From positions 32,001 to 96,000 of the forward strand of contig JAZDKB010000016.1 in the NCBI GenBank assembly GCA_043803405.1: 64,000 bases of DNA, in the 5' to 3' direction. How positions within the stretch are numbered: position 1 is the first letter of the stretch; each line of letters begins with the position of its first letter. The translations under genes and the position numbers were made by a program. Under the pieces are notes generated by a model that did not search any database, had not been told where the DNA came from, and worked only from the letters and a program-made list of their open reading frames with translations. Below, piece after piece: positions 9,609 through 19,929 of the stretch. This stretch comes from Spirochaetota bacterium (GTDB lineage: Bacteria > Spirochaetota > UBA4802 > JAFGDQ01).

Positions 9609-9636
9609 TTAGACAAATACTCTGCTCAATAGTTCC
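9609..9636 (-). promoter_or_regulatory. ECF autoregulatory promoter
   Basis: Minus strand GGAACT-N16-GTCTAA (plus strand ttagac 9609-9614, agttcc 9631-9636); same boxes and spacing as 7412-7439. Confidence 0.8.
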
Positions 9637-9747
9637 CATAATTCGTTATATTTTTCGGATATTTACTAAAAATTCAAGTTATTTCTTTAAAATATTTATT
9701 ATTAAAATATAGAATATTTCCATCTATAGATTTTGCCGAAATATATA

Positions 9748-9776
9748 TTGACTGCAATATAAAAAGTAATTACTAT
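9748..9776 (+). promoter_or_regulatory. Putative sigma70 promoter
   Basis: TTGACT-N17-TACTAT, 30 nt before the ATG at 9807. Confidence 0.5.
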
Positions 9777-9806
9777 TACAGGAAAAATCTCCAGGAGAAA
9801 GCATCA

Positions 9807-10514
9807 ATGAAAAAATTTATTTGCGCGGTATTTTTTATAATATCTTTTATTATTTTTCCTCTGTTTCAGAGTTCGTTGTCGGCTGAGATGAGCGTAGGCG
9901 CTTCCACATGGTATTGCTGGTGGAAAGCATCGGGAGACACTAATGACATGAACCTTAAACCTACATTGCTTTACGGCCCGGCTGCTTCCGTACGAATAAA
10001 CGATTCATGGAGTATAGCAGGCGTATTTTTATACGGACAATTTACCGGCAAAGAAAATACCGATGGCAGCCCGGACAATATCTCCAGATTCGATTCCGAT
10101 CTCTCTTTGAATTATAACATTAATCGTTATTTTAAATTATTCGGCGGCGGAAAACTCATGGGATTTAACTGGGATTCAAGTCAAGACAGCGGGAAGCACT
10201 GGAGCGCCGGTCCCGGACTTGGTATCGGAAGCACTTTGCCTCTGGTAAGCAATTTATATCTGCTCTTAAATTTATCCGGTACATATTCATGGGGCAAACA
10301 TGATGGCGACAATAATGGCGATAATAATAACGGCAGCATAAAGGAAAATACTTTTAACACGAACGCGTCTCTTGCTTATTACTTTGCATCAGCCTCTACT
10401 TCCGTAAATCTGGGTTTTAGATATCAATATTTATTTATTGATAATCCCGGTGAAAATAAAAATGACACTTTTTATTTTTACGGTGGTACTTTATCGGTTG
10501 TTTATTCTTTTTAG
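9807..10514 (+). CDS. Outer-membrane beta-barrel protein
   Basis: Signal peptide, alternating aromatic/Gly beta strands, C-terminal YSF; SD aggag. Confidence 0.75.
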   Translation: MKKFICAVFFIISFIIFPLFQSSLSAEMSVGASTWYCWWKASGDTNDMNLKPTLLYGPAASVRINDSWSIAGVFLYGQFTGKENTDGSPDNISRFDSDLSLNYNINRYFKLFGGGKLMGFNWDSSQDSGKHWSAGPGLGIGSTLPLVSNLYLLLNLSGTYSWGKHDGDNNGDNNNGSIKENTFNTNASLAYYFASASTSVNLGFRYQYLFIDNPGENKNDTFYFYGGTLSVVYSF

Positions 10515-10577
10515 AAATATGTATTTATTAACAAAATTTTCCTGCGGATTTTATTAATTCTTTATCGGGGTGATATT

Positions 10578-11648
10578 ATGATTATTCAAAAGAAAAATAT
10601 TTTTGTTATTAGCGTTATTTCCCTTGTACTGATAATGAGCCTATCATGCAGCAAAGATAATACTGCTCCGAAAGAATCCTCTATACTGATAGTGCAGACT
10701 GTCCTCGGCGATGTAAAAATACAATCAGGCAATGAAACTGTAATTCCATCCACAGGCTTCGCGATTAAAGAAAACAGCATTATAAAAACAGGAAAGCTTT
10801 CCATAATCGACATCAAATATAAAGACAGCGGAATAATCAGGATAAGCGAGAACACAAATATAAATGTTTCTCGTCTTGTTTCTTCCGAAAAGTCAGACGA
10901 AACTCTGATGGAAATGTCGGAAGGCAAAGTCTTTATTACGGTCACCAAGTTGCTGAAGGATACGAAATTGCAGGTTAAGACCCCGACATCTGTTGCTGCT
11001 GTGCGCGGAACATCTTTCAGAGTATCCTCGGATAAAGGCATATCGCGAGTTGATGTATTAACCGGCAAGGTTAAAGTAAATCCCGTACAGGATAATATTA
11101 TAATTGATAAGATAGAAAGAATAGTAGAACCGGACAAGGCAGTTGAAATAGATCAAAAAGATATTGTAAAAATTGTCGAGCAGAAGAAAAATATTGAAAT
11201 TGTAACTCTGCAAAAAGAAGAAATAGCAGCTATAAAAGAAGAAGCGAAATTATTTAAAATCGATGACACGTTCAACGAAGAAATAAAAAATGAAATAAAA
11301 GAGATCGGGATAGAAACAAAACCTGCTGAAGAAATAAAAGATAATAAAGTTTATGAGGCTGAATTAATTAAACAATTGGAAAAAGTTAAAATTGAAAAAG
11401 AAGCGGAACTTAAAGAGAAAGAAATAAAAGCTAAAAAAGCTGCTCTGGAAGAAGAACAAAAGAAAAAAGATGAACAAAAAAACGCTGAAAAAGCACAGCT
11501 TAAGAAATTAGAACTGGAAAAGAGAGAAAAAGAAAAAGCCGCACAAGAACATGCCAAAGAGCTTGCAAAAGAGCAAGCACAACAAAAGCAAAAACAGGAA
11601 GAAAAGAAAAAAGAAGAATCACGCGTGAAGAATATACCGAATTTTTAA
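10578..11648 (+). CDS. FecR-domain (LipL45-like) lipoprotein with a Lys/Glu coiled-coil tail
   Basis: Lipobox LSC; VKTPTSVAAVRGTSFRV...VLTGKVKV FecR motif; K/E/A-rich C-terminus. Confidence 0.8.
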   Translation: MIIQKKNIFVISVISLVLIMSLSCSKDNTAPKESSILIVQTVLGDVKIQSGNETVIPSTGFAIKENSIIKTGKLSIIDIKYKDSGIIRISENTNINVSRLVSSEKSDETLMEMSEGKVFITVTKLLKDTKLQVKTPTSVAAVRGTSFRVSSDKGISRVDVLTGKVKVNPVQDNIIIDKIERIVEPDKAVEIDQKDIVKIVEQKKNIEIVTLQKEEIAAIKEEAKLFKIDDTFNEEIKNEIKEIGIETKPAEEIKDNKVYEAELIKQLEKVKIEKEAELKEKEIKAKKAALEEEQKKKDEQKNAEKAQLKKLELEKREKEKAAQEHAKELAKEQAQQKQKQEEKKKEESRVKNIPNF

Positions 11649-11800
11649 GCTCTGTGACTTAAAAATTCCGTATAATACTGGATATTTTATTTAAAAATAA
11701 AGATGCTACCAAACCAAGTCCCTGCAATTCAGAGATAGATCCGCAAAATTAATAAATATAAAATTGCTTAACAAGTTATGCAATAAAGGAGTTGTTTTAC

Positions 11801-13573
11801 ATGAAGATTGAAAAAAAAATCATCCTTATAACCACCTTAAGCTGCCTTATTTCTCTTCTGCTTTATCAGGGATTTTATATACTACATCTTTACAATGTAA
11901 AAACGGACAGCGTCGCAGAATTCCGCCGCGTGCTTATGGCGAATTATGATAATGACATCAAACACCAGGTAGAAAATACGGTTACAATGCTGGATGGTTT
12001 ATATAAATTGCATAAAGCCGGGAAGCTATCCTTTGAAGAAGCAAAATACCAGGGCAAGGAACTTATAAGAAATATTAGATACGGTAAAGAAGGATACTTC
12101 TGGATCGACACATACGAAGGCATAAACGTTATGCATGCGTTTAAACCTGAGATAGAAGGAAAATCCAGAATTAATTCGAAAGACATAAAGGGGAAGCTCC
12201 TTATAAAAGAAATAATTGAGAACGGACGTAAGCAGGGAGGCGGATTTACCGACTATTATTTCACCAAGGGGAGCGGAACAGTACCGTTTCCCAAACGCGG
12301 GTATTCGCTGAATTTTGAGCCCTTTGAATGGGTGCTTGGAACCGGAAATTATTTAGATGATATTGAAGCAACAATTGAGCTTGAAAACAAATATTACACA
12401 AACGAAATTCAGGAAAAGCTACTGATTTCTATTGGTGTTTTTCTCGTACTTGTATTTTTTTCCATAATCACAGCCCGGCGTTATGCCCGCAAATTCGTAA
12501 CAAAACCGGTCCAGAAATTGGTTAAAGCTTTCCGCGACCTTGCAGAGGGCGAAGGCGATCTGACCAAGAGAATTGATTTTAATTCCAGCGACGAACTTTC
12601 CGATCTTGCTAACTCCTTTAACGGTTTTACTGAAAATATCGCTAAAGTTATAAAAGACGTCCGCCTGATAGCAGACGCCCTTGCTTCAGCAGCTACGGAG
12701 ATGCATTCCTCAACAGACGGATTTTCGGAAAACAGCCAGGGACAGGCTTCATCGGCTGAGGAGGCCACTGCCAGCACGGAAGAAGTCTCTGCTGAAGTCG
12801 ATAATGTCGCGGCTCTTGCAGCAAAACAGTCCGAAAATCTTATGGAACTTCAATCAAGTATCAGATCCCTTACCGCGGAACTGGAAAACCTGGAGGCAAA
12901 AGTTAACGAATCAAGGGATATTACAAATGATATCGCTCAAAACAGTGATTACGGTATAAAGTCGCTTAATGAAATGAACGAAACAATGACCAGAATACAG
13001 GGAAGTTCAATGGAAATGGTCGGCATAGTATCGATAATTAATGATATATCGGATCAGATAAATCTTCTTTCCCTTAACGCTGCAATTGAATCTGCAAGGG
13101 CCGGCGAAGCAGGCAGGGGCTTTGCTGTTGTATCGGATGAAATATCGAAACTCGCGGATCAGACAGCAGGCAGCATTAATGATATAAGCAGGCTCATAAA
13201 AACAAACAACGCAGGGATTACCAAGGGAATAGAAAAACTGAATATTGCAAATACCAAAATTGGAGATATCTTAAAGGCCGTAAGTTCAATCAACAGTATG
13301 ATAGGACAGCTTGTGGAAATAATGAAAGGCCAGGCAAGAACAAACAAGGAGGTAAATACCGGAGCGGAAAAAGTTAAGGATATGGCGGATGAAATAAGAT
13401 CAAGAACCGGGCAGCAAAAATCCGCCATGGAAGAGATCGTCACAGTCATAACAAAAATCGGCGAACTCACTCAGTCGAGCGCTTCGGGCGCCCTTGAAAT
13501 GGCTGCGACTTCAAGAGAGCTGTCTTTAATGGCAAAAGATCTCAATGAGAAAGTATCTTTTTTCAAGGTTTAA
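11801..13573 (+). CDS. Methyl-accepting chemotaxis protein with Cache sensor and HAMP domain
   Basis: [12 protein letters not shown]ache motif; [25 protein letters not shown]; tip [25 protein letters not shown]; start set at the ATG after aaggag. Confidence 0.95.
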   Translation: MKIEKKIILITTLSCLISLLLYQGFYILHLYNVKTDSVAEFRRVLMANYDNDIKHQVENTVTMLDGLYKLHKAGKLSFEEAKYQGKELIRNIRYGKEGYFWIDTYEGINVMHAFKPEIEGKSRINSKDIKGKLLIKEIIENGRKQGGGFTDYYFTKGSGTVPFPKRGYSLNFEPFEWVLGTGNYLDDIEATIELENKYYTNEIQEKLLISIGVFLVLVFFSIITARRYARKFVTKPVQKLVKAFRDLAEGEGDLTKRIDFNSSDELSDLANSFNGFTENIAKVIKDVRLIADALASAATEMHSSTDGFSENSQGQASSAEEATASTEEVSAEVDNVAALAAKQSENLMELQSSIRSLTAELENLEAKVNESRDITNDIAQNSDYGIKSLNEMNETMTRIQGSSMEMVGIVSIINDISDQINLLSLNAAIESARAGEAGRGFAVVSDEISKLADQTAGSINDISRLIKTNNAGITKGIEKLNIANTKIGDILKAVSSINSMIGQLVEIMKGQARTNKEVNTGAEKVKDMADEIRSRTGQQKSAMEEIVTVITKIGELTQSSASGALEMAATSRELSLMAKDLNEKVSFFKV

Positions 13574-13597
13574 ATCAGAATTTTTCCGGATTCTGAT
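13574..13597. terminator. Hairpin between the convergent MCP and parA genes
   Basis: atcagaat / attctgat 8-bp arms immediately after the MCP stop. Confidence 0.4.
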
Positions 13598-13655
13598 GTT
13601 ATTGGCTTAGAGCGAATTTCGGCAAGTTATGCAACAAGTCTATTAAATTTATCTC

Positions 13656-14417
13656 TTATACCCTCTCAAGAATTTCCCTGGTAAGGTCCATGTAATCGTC
13701 AGCACCGCTGCTGCCTGGTTTATATTCGAAGATCGTTTTCCCCCAGCTGGGAGCTTCCTGCAGAGCCACATTTTCCCTTATCAGTGTCTTAAAGAGTTTT
13801 CCCGGAAGACGCTTCTCAATTTCATCTATTACTTCGTTATTGATCACTTTCTTGGCGCTATACATTGTGCCTATAATGCCGGTTATCTTCAGGTTCTTGT
13901 TCAGTCTTTTCTTAACCATTTCAACAGCTTCAAAAAGATTGTACATTCCATGGTATGGAAGGAACTGTACCTGCAAAGGAATAAAAATTTCATTTGAAAA
14001 ACATAATGCATTCAGCGTAAGAATGCCGAGAGAAGGCGGACAATCGATCAGAACAAAATCGTACCCGTTTAAATTCTCCAGCGCGTCGCGCAAAAGAAAC
14101 TCCTTTGCCGGTATAGCTATAAACTCAATCCCGCGCAGTTCAGGGCTAGAAGGCAGCACCTGTATCCCTTCCCTGTCGATCAATGTCTCCTGGTATGACA
14201 CTTCACCTTTCATAACATCATAAATCGTTTTTTCAATATTAATTGGCTGATCGAATCTGTTCTGGCTTATACCGAAATGATAAGTGGACTGTGCCTGCGG
14301 GTCCATGTCAATTACCAGCACCTTTTTCCCCAGCCTGTTAAGACTGGCAGCCACATTAACAGTGCTGGTTGTTTTACCTACTCCGCCCTTGTTATTGGAG
14401 AATGATATTATTCTCAT
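13656..14417 (-). CDS. ParA/Soj-family ATPase (orphan)
   Basis: KGGVGKTT, IDMDPQA, LIDCPPSLG, IRENVALQEAPS; start moved to MRIIS. Confidence 0.92.
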   Translation of the reverse strand: MRIISFSNNKGGVGKTTSTVNVAASLNRLGKKVLVIDMDPQAQSTYHFGISQNRFDQPINIEKTIYDVMKGEVSYQETLIDREGIQVLPSSPELRGIEFIAIPAKEFLLRDALENLNGYDFVLIDCPPSLGILTLNALCFSNEIFIPLQVQFLPYHGMYNLFEAVEMVKKRLNKNLKITGIIGTMYSAKKVINNEVIDEIEKRLPGKLFKTLIRENVALQEAPSWGKTIFEYKPGSSGADDYMDLTREILERV

Positions 14418-16689
14418 TTTTTCCCTTCCCTTCAACTTTAACTGCAACATCATCGTTTTCAATAGTGACATTCGCCTTTCCGCCATCCTTCAACTCCCCG
14501 AAAAGAACCTCATCCACAAAAAATGCTTTTACTTTAGTCTGTACCAACCGGCTGATTTCCCTTGCGCCGAATTGAGGCGAATAACCCTTCGCAGCAAGCC
14601 ATCGACAGCATTCATCGGAAACATCAATTATAATATTTTTTTCACTAAGCTGTTTTTTGAATTCATCAATATATTTTTTAACGATTTTTAAAATAATTTC
14701 TTCACTTAATCCGTTGAATGTAACAATGGAATCAAGCCGGTTGCGGAATTCCGGAGAAAATATTTTTTCAACAGCTTCTGTTACGGCATGTCCTTCTATC
14801 TTCGCATCGCCGTAACCAATAACGTTTTTACCGATATCTCTTGCGCCGGCATTGGATGTCATAATAATGATGCAGTTATGGAAATCCGCCTTTTTACCGT
14901 TGTTATCCGTTAAAGTTGCGTAATCCATAACCTGGAGCAGCGTATTAAATATATCCGAATGCGCCTTCTCAACTTCGTCAAGCAAAAGCACAGAATACGG
15001 GGTTTTTCTTATAGCTTCAGTCAACAGCCCGCCCTCTTCATAGCCGACATATCCAGGGGGCGCACCGATAAGCCTCGCAACAGTATGCTTTTCCTGATAT
15101 TCACTCATGTCGAAACGATGCAGTTTGATTCCCATTATGGACGCCAGTTGTCTGGCCAGTTCCGTTTTTCCGACTCCAGTTGGCCCCGCAAACAAGAATG
15201 AAGCTATTGGCCTGTCTGCATCGTGAAAACCCGCACGCGATCGTTTTATTGCATCAGCAACCAGCTTAATCGCTTCATCCTGGCCGAAGATATTCCTTTT
15301 CAGATCTTCCTCGAGGTCCTTTAATCCTTTTACTTCAGCAGCAGATACCGATTTAACAGGTATCCTTGCCATCTTTGCAACAATCTTTTCGATCTCGTGC
15401 GTTGTGATTATATCTGCAGCGCCGTCTTCCATTCTGTACATCTGCGCAAATGCGCCTGCTTCATCTATCACGTCAATAGCTTTATCCGGCAAATGACGGT
15501 CGTTAACGTGTTTTGCGGACAGCTCCACGGCAGCACACAGAGCCTCATCCTCATATTTTACATTATGATATGTCTCATATTTATCCCTGATGCCTAGCAA
15601 TATCCTGTATGTTTCATCAATTGTCGGCTCCGGGATCTCTATCTTCTGAAATCTTCTTGAAAGCGCGTGATCCTTCTGGAAATATTTCGTATATTCCTCG
15701 TACGTCGTTGATCCGATGCATCTCATTTTTCCGGATGTCAGCACGGGCTTAAGTATGTTGGATGCGTCCATTGTGCCCCCTGAAACCGCGCCTGCACCGA
15801 TAATCGTATGTATCTCATCAATAAAAAGAATGACGTTTTTAATTTCCTTAAGCTCAGCTATTATTTTTTTCATGCGGTCTTCAAAGTCGCCGCGGTACTT
15901 TGTGCCGGCCAGAATCGCTCCCATATCCAGTGAATATATAGTCGCATCTTTCAGCGGCCTGGGTACTTTTCCGGACGCAATCATCTGGGCAAGTCCTTCG
16001 GTAATTGCAGTTTTACCAACGCCGGCATCGCCCACGTGAATCGGGTTGTTTTTAAACCTTCTGCAAAGCACCTGTATTGTCTGTTCCAGTATTTCTTCCC
16101 TTCCGATGATCGGCTCAACTTCATTATTACGTGCTTTCTCAACAAGTTCAACCGCAAATACCTGAAGATAACTTTTAGTTTTTTTCTTTTCCTGCTCTTT
16201 GCCCTGCTTATCCCTTGCCTTATCGATCTTCTCGTTAATATCCTTAATATAATAGTCTTCCGGCATAACAGAGATGCCGTGAGAAATGTAATTAAGCAAA
16301 TCGAGCTTTGTTATGCCTTCTTCCTGAAGAAAATAGGCAGCATAAGATTCTTTCTCGTCTAAAATTGCAGCGTATATATCGCCTATATCCAGTTCGTTCT
16401 TCTGCGCGCTGGTTATGTGCCAAATAGCTTTTTCCATTATATTCTGGAACCCAACTGACTGGTTAGGCTCCTTTCCCTGAACAACAGGTATATTTTTCTT
16501 TAAGTGATCTTCGATCTTTGTCCTTAACCTTTCAATATTCGCACCGCAGTTCTCAATTATTCGTTTGCTTCTTTCAAAAAAAAGCGAGGCATATAAAAGA
16601 TGTTCAGGCGTGAGATACTCATGATTCCTTGCCGTTGCTTCATTGAACGCGGACATTATTATCTGATTCAGTTCTTCATTTATTTCCAT
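14392..16689 (-). CDS. clpA: ATP-dependent Clp protease ATP-binding subunit ClpA
   Basis: HEYLTPEHLL N-domain; two AAA+ modules GDAGVGKT and GPTGVGKT; DMSEYQEKHTVARLIGAPPGYVG; follows clpS. Confidence 0.95.
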   Translation of the reverse strand: MEINEELNQIIMSAFNEATARNHEYLTPEHLLYASLFFERSKRIIENCGANIERLRTKIEDHLKKNIPVVQGKEPNQSVGFQNIMEKAIWHITSAQKNELDIGDIYAAILDEKESYAAYFLQEEGITKLDLLNYISHGISVMPEDYYIKDINEKIDKARDKQGKEQEKKKTKSYLQVFAVELVEKARNNEVEPIIGREEILEQTIQVLCRRFKNNPIHVGDAGVGKTAITEGLAQMIASGKVPRPLKDATIYSLDMGAILAGTKYRGDFEDRMKKIIAELKEIKNVILFIDEIHTIIGAGAVSGGTMDASNILKPVLTSGKMRCIGSTTYEEYTKYFQKDHALSRRFQKIEIPEPTIDETYRILLGIRDKYETYHNVKYEDEALCAAVELSAKHVNDRHLPDKAIDVIDEAGAFAQMYRMEDGAADIITTHEIEKIVAKMARIPVKSVSAAEVKGLKDLEEDLKRNIFGQDEAIKLVADAIKRSRAGFHDADRPIASFLFAGPTGVGKTELARQLASIMGIKLHRFDMSEYQEKHTVARLIGAPPGYVGYEEGGLLTEAIRKTPYSVLLLDEVEKAHSDIFNTLLQVMDYATLTDNNGKKADFHNCIIIMTSNAGARDIGKNVIGYGDAKIEGHAVTEAVEKIFSPEFRNRLDSIVTFNGLSEEIILKIVKKYIDEFKKQLSEKNIIIDVSDECCRWLAAKGYSPQFGAREISRLVQTKVKAFFVDEVLFGELKDGGKANVTIENDDVAVKVEGKGKNENNIILQ

Positions 16690-16756
16690 GACTTATTATT
16701 TTCCCTGTAAAACTTCCGAGAATAACGCAATGTTATTAACGCCTGCTAAAAAACCT

Positions 16757-17107
16757 CTATGCTTCTTCAAAACTGCATTTCAACGGAAACTGCCTTTTCT
16801 TTGCCATTTTATGCACTTCAGATATCTTTGTTACAGCAATATCATAAGTGTATACGCCGCATACTCCGATTCCCTTTTTATGTATATCGAGCATTATCTT
16901 TGTAGCCTCGGCAGCCGGCTTGTGAAAGACTTTCATTATTACTTCAACGACAAAATCCATGGTAGTATAATGATCATTGTGCATAAGGACCCTGTACATC
17001 TTCGGATGAGCCAGCTTTTCTTCAGGCTTGACTTTTAAAGCACTTTCCAAAGACTCATCAGTTCCACCGGAATCGTTTGTCCCGTTAGCCTCATCATTCT
17101 GTGCCAT
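16757..17107 (-). CDS. clpS: Clp adaptor ClpS
   Basis: YRVLMHNDHYTTMDFVV...FPLKC. Confidence 0.95.
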   Translation of the reverse strand: MAQNDEANGTNDSGGTDESLESALKVKPEEKLAHPKMYRVLMHNDHYTTMDFVVEVIMKVFHKPAAEATKIMLDIHKKGIGVCGVYTYDIAVTKISEVHKMAKKRQFPLKCSFEEA

Positions 17108-17428
17108 ATAAAAAATCCAATTCTGTTTAAAAAAATAATTTTAAGCAGGATATTATATTATATCACAAATACATTATACATGACAAGTTTAGCAAGTATT
17201 TTTATTATAATGACTTGCAATTTTATATCTATAATAATATTATTTCCTGTAAATTGTTATTTTTCAGGACAATTTTTAATTTATAAGCAAACCGGATTAT
17301 CTTTACGAATATTTGTTTAAGAGTAAGGAAGAGTACGAACTAAAATTTTATACAGTTACTTTATCTCAATTTAACATATTAGTTCCGGAACACTCTCGAA
17401 CTTTTCTATATTAATTGGAGAAATCATT

Positions 17429-17755
17429 ATGGAAGAATATATTGATGTCCCAAAAGGAGTATCGCTCGAAGTTATTGAAGGTGTTGATACAGGCACAAGG
17501 TTTGCAATTGACAACAAAACAATAACTATTGGACGGGCAGACGCGTCCGATCTTAAGTTAACTGACGAATATGTTTCCAACAAGCATTGTCAGATAGTAT
17601 TCCGCGAGGATCACTTTACAGTTATAGACCTGCAAAGCTTAAACAAAACAAAAATAAATGACAACGTTTTTCAGCAAAGGAATCTGGATAACGGGGATAT
17701 TTTATCGCTCGGCAAAACAAAAATTAAGTTCCTCTGGGAAAAGCAGGATAATTAA
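17429..17755 (+). CDS. Stand-alone FHA domain protein
   Basis: TIGRA, VSNKHC, DLQSLNKT, GDILSLG. Confidence 0.9.
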   Translation: MEEYIDVPKGVSLEVIEGVDTGTRFAIDNKTITIGRADASDLKLTDEYVSNKHCQIVFREDHFTVIDLQSLNKTKINDNVFQQRNLDNGDILSLGKTKIKFLWEKQDN

Positions 17756-17879
17756 ACGCCTGTTTAACCGGATAATTTAAGGATGAGCTGATAATATATC
17801 CTGCCTCCCTGAAAAATAGTTTCTTGACTTAAAACTCCGAATTTGCAAAATCGTGTAAAAATTTTTGGAAGATAATTAA

Positions 17880-19820
17880 ATGGGCGATTCGGTATTCTAT
17901 AAAATATTAAGTGAACATATAGCAGAAGGAGAGCCGGTACCAGGTAACGAGATTGGCATAAAAATCGACCAGACGCTTACTCAGGACGCAACAGGGACAC
18001 TTGCATATCTTCAGTTTGAGGCAATGGACATTCCACGAGTTAAGACAGAGCTTTCTGTTTCGTACGTGGATCACAATACTTTACAGATGGGTTTTGAGAA
18101 CGCAGACGATCATAAATATCTGCAGACGATGAACGCGAATTACGGTATTCATTACTCGAAAGCCGGAAACGGGATCTGTCACCAGGTTCATCTTGAGAGA
18201 TTCGGGCGTCCCGGAGCAACGCTTCTGGGCTCCGACAGCCACACTCCTACAGGCGGCGCTCTCGGGATGATAGCCATAGGCGCAGGCGGCATTGAAGTAG
18301 CAGCAGCTATGGGAGGCGGCCTGTTTTATTTTTTATGCCCCAGAATCATCAATATTAATCTGCGTGGAAAATTGCGTCCGTGGGTAAGCGCCAAAGACAT
18401 TATACTTAAAGTGCTTGAGATACTGACAACCAAAGGCAACGTAGGTTTCGTTGTGGAGTATACAGGTGACAGCATAAAAACCCTGTCTGTACCTGAACGC
18501 GCCACAATTACGAATATGGGAGCAGAACTCGGCGTAACAACCTCTATTTTCCCAAGCGACGAAATTACACGCGCTTTTCTGAAAGCGGAGGCAAGAGAAT
18601 CAGTTTGGCGTGAAATAATCCCGGACAATAATGCCGCTTATGACAGAACAATAGATATTGATCTTTCAACGCTTGAACCTATGATAGCCTGCCCTCACTC
18701 TCCCGATAACATTAAAAAAGTGTCGGGAATAAAAGGAATAAAAGTCGATCAGATTGCTATAGGCAGTTGCACTAATTCATCCTATAAGGATTTAATGATA
18801 ACTGCTGAAATTCTAAAAGGGAAAAAAGTTCATCGGGATGTAAGCCTGATAATAGCGCCGGGTTCAAGACAGGTTCTTGAGATGATTGCGCAAAACGGAG
18901 CTCTTGCCGATATGATCGCATCGGGAGCAAGATTAATGGAATCTGCATGCGGGTTCTGCATAGGCGCCGGCCAGTCACCTGTAACTGAAGGAATTTCTCT
19001 CAGAACAAATAACCGGAACTTCAAAGGGCGGTCGGGAACAGATTCCGCGCAGGTGTATCTCGTAAGCGTTGAAACCGCAGTTCTATCGGCTTTAAAAGGA
19101 GAACTTGTCAGTCCTCTCGATTATCCGGAATCGGACTATCCAAGGATAAATACACCGGATAAATTCCTGATTGATGATTCGATGATTATACCTCCATCAG
19201 AAAAAAAAATATCCGGGAATAAAATAAAAATAATTCGGGGCCCGAATATAGGCGATCCTCCATTTACCGATCGCCTGATGAATGAGATGAACGGAATAAT
19301 CGGACTTAAAGTGGGCGATAAAATAACAACCGACCATATTATGCCCGCAGGCGACAGGTTAAAATACCGTTCAAATATTACAAAATATTCTGAATTTGTT
19401 TTCGAAAATATTGACCGCGAATTTTCCGGAAGGACTCTGGAAAACAAGAAAAAAAATATTTATACTGCAATTACAGGCGGAGAAAGCTACGGCCAGGGAT
19501 CCTCAAGAGAACATGCCGCTATTTGTCCTATGCATCTGGGAGTAAGGCTTGTAATTGCAAAATCATTCGAAAGAATTCATGTTTCAAATCTAATTAATTT
19601 CGGTATACTTCCACTGACTTTTAAAAATAAAGATGATTATGATAGAATAAATCAATATGATGGTTTTAAAATACATAATCTGATAAGCCAAATTATAAAA
19701 GATACTATTCATGTAGAAATTGCGGATATTATATATGAGTTTATTTTAATTGCTTCAAAAAGACAACAGGAAATTTTACTTGAAGGTGGATTACTGAATT
19801 ATACTAAAAAACAAAAATAA
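17880..19820 (+). CDS. Aconitate hydratase (short, about 640-aa type)
   Basis: TQDATGT, DHN, GICHQVH, DSHT, GSCTN, CGFCIG, NRNF.GR, TTDHI, YGQGSSREHAA. Confidence 0.93.
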   Translation: MGDSVFYKILSEHIAEGEPVPGNEIGIKIDQTLTQDATGTLAYLQFEAMDIPRVKTELSVSYVDHNTLQMGFENADDHKYLQTMNANYGIHYSKAGNGICHQVHLERFGRPGATLLGSDSHTPTGGALGMIAIGAGGIEVAAAMGGGLFYFLCPRIININLRGKLRPWVSAKDIILKVLEILTTKGNVGFVVEYTGDSIKTLSVPERATITNMGAELGVTTSIFPSDEITRAFLKAEARESVWREIIPDNNAAYDRTIDIDLSTLEPMIACPHSPDNIKKVSGIKGIKVDQIAIGSCTNSSYKDLMITAEILKGKKVHRDVSLIIAPGSRQVLEMIAQNGALADMIASGARLMESACGFCIGAGQSPVTEGISLRTNNRNFKGRSGTDSAQVYLVSVETAVLSALKGELVSPLDYPESDYPRINTPDKFLIDDSMIIPPSEKKISGNKIKIIRGPNIGDPPFTDRLMNEMNGIIGLKVGDKITTDHIMPAGDRLKYRSNITKYSEFVFENIDREFSGRTLENKKKNIYTAITGGESYGQGSSREHAAICPMHLGVRLVIAKSFERIHVSNLINFGILPLTFKNKDDYDRINQYDGFKIHNLISQIIKDTIHVEIADIIYEFILIASKRQQEILLEGGLLNYTKKQK

Positions 19821-19929
19821 AACGCTTTTTTGTTGACGATTATTTAATATTGCAGTAAATTAGTATAATTAATATTCAGTGTGATGAAATAATTCATATT
19901 GAATAAATAATAAATTTTAAGATGTTACT

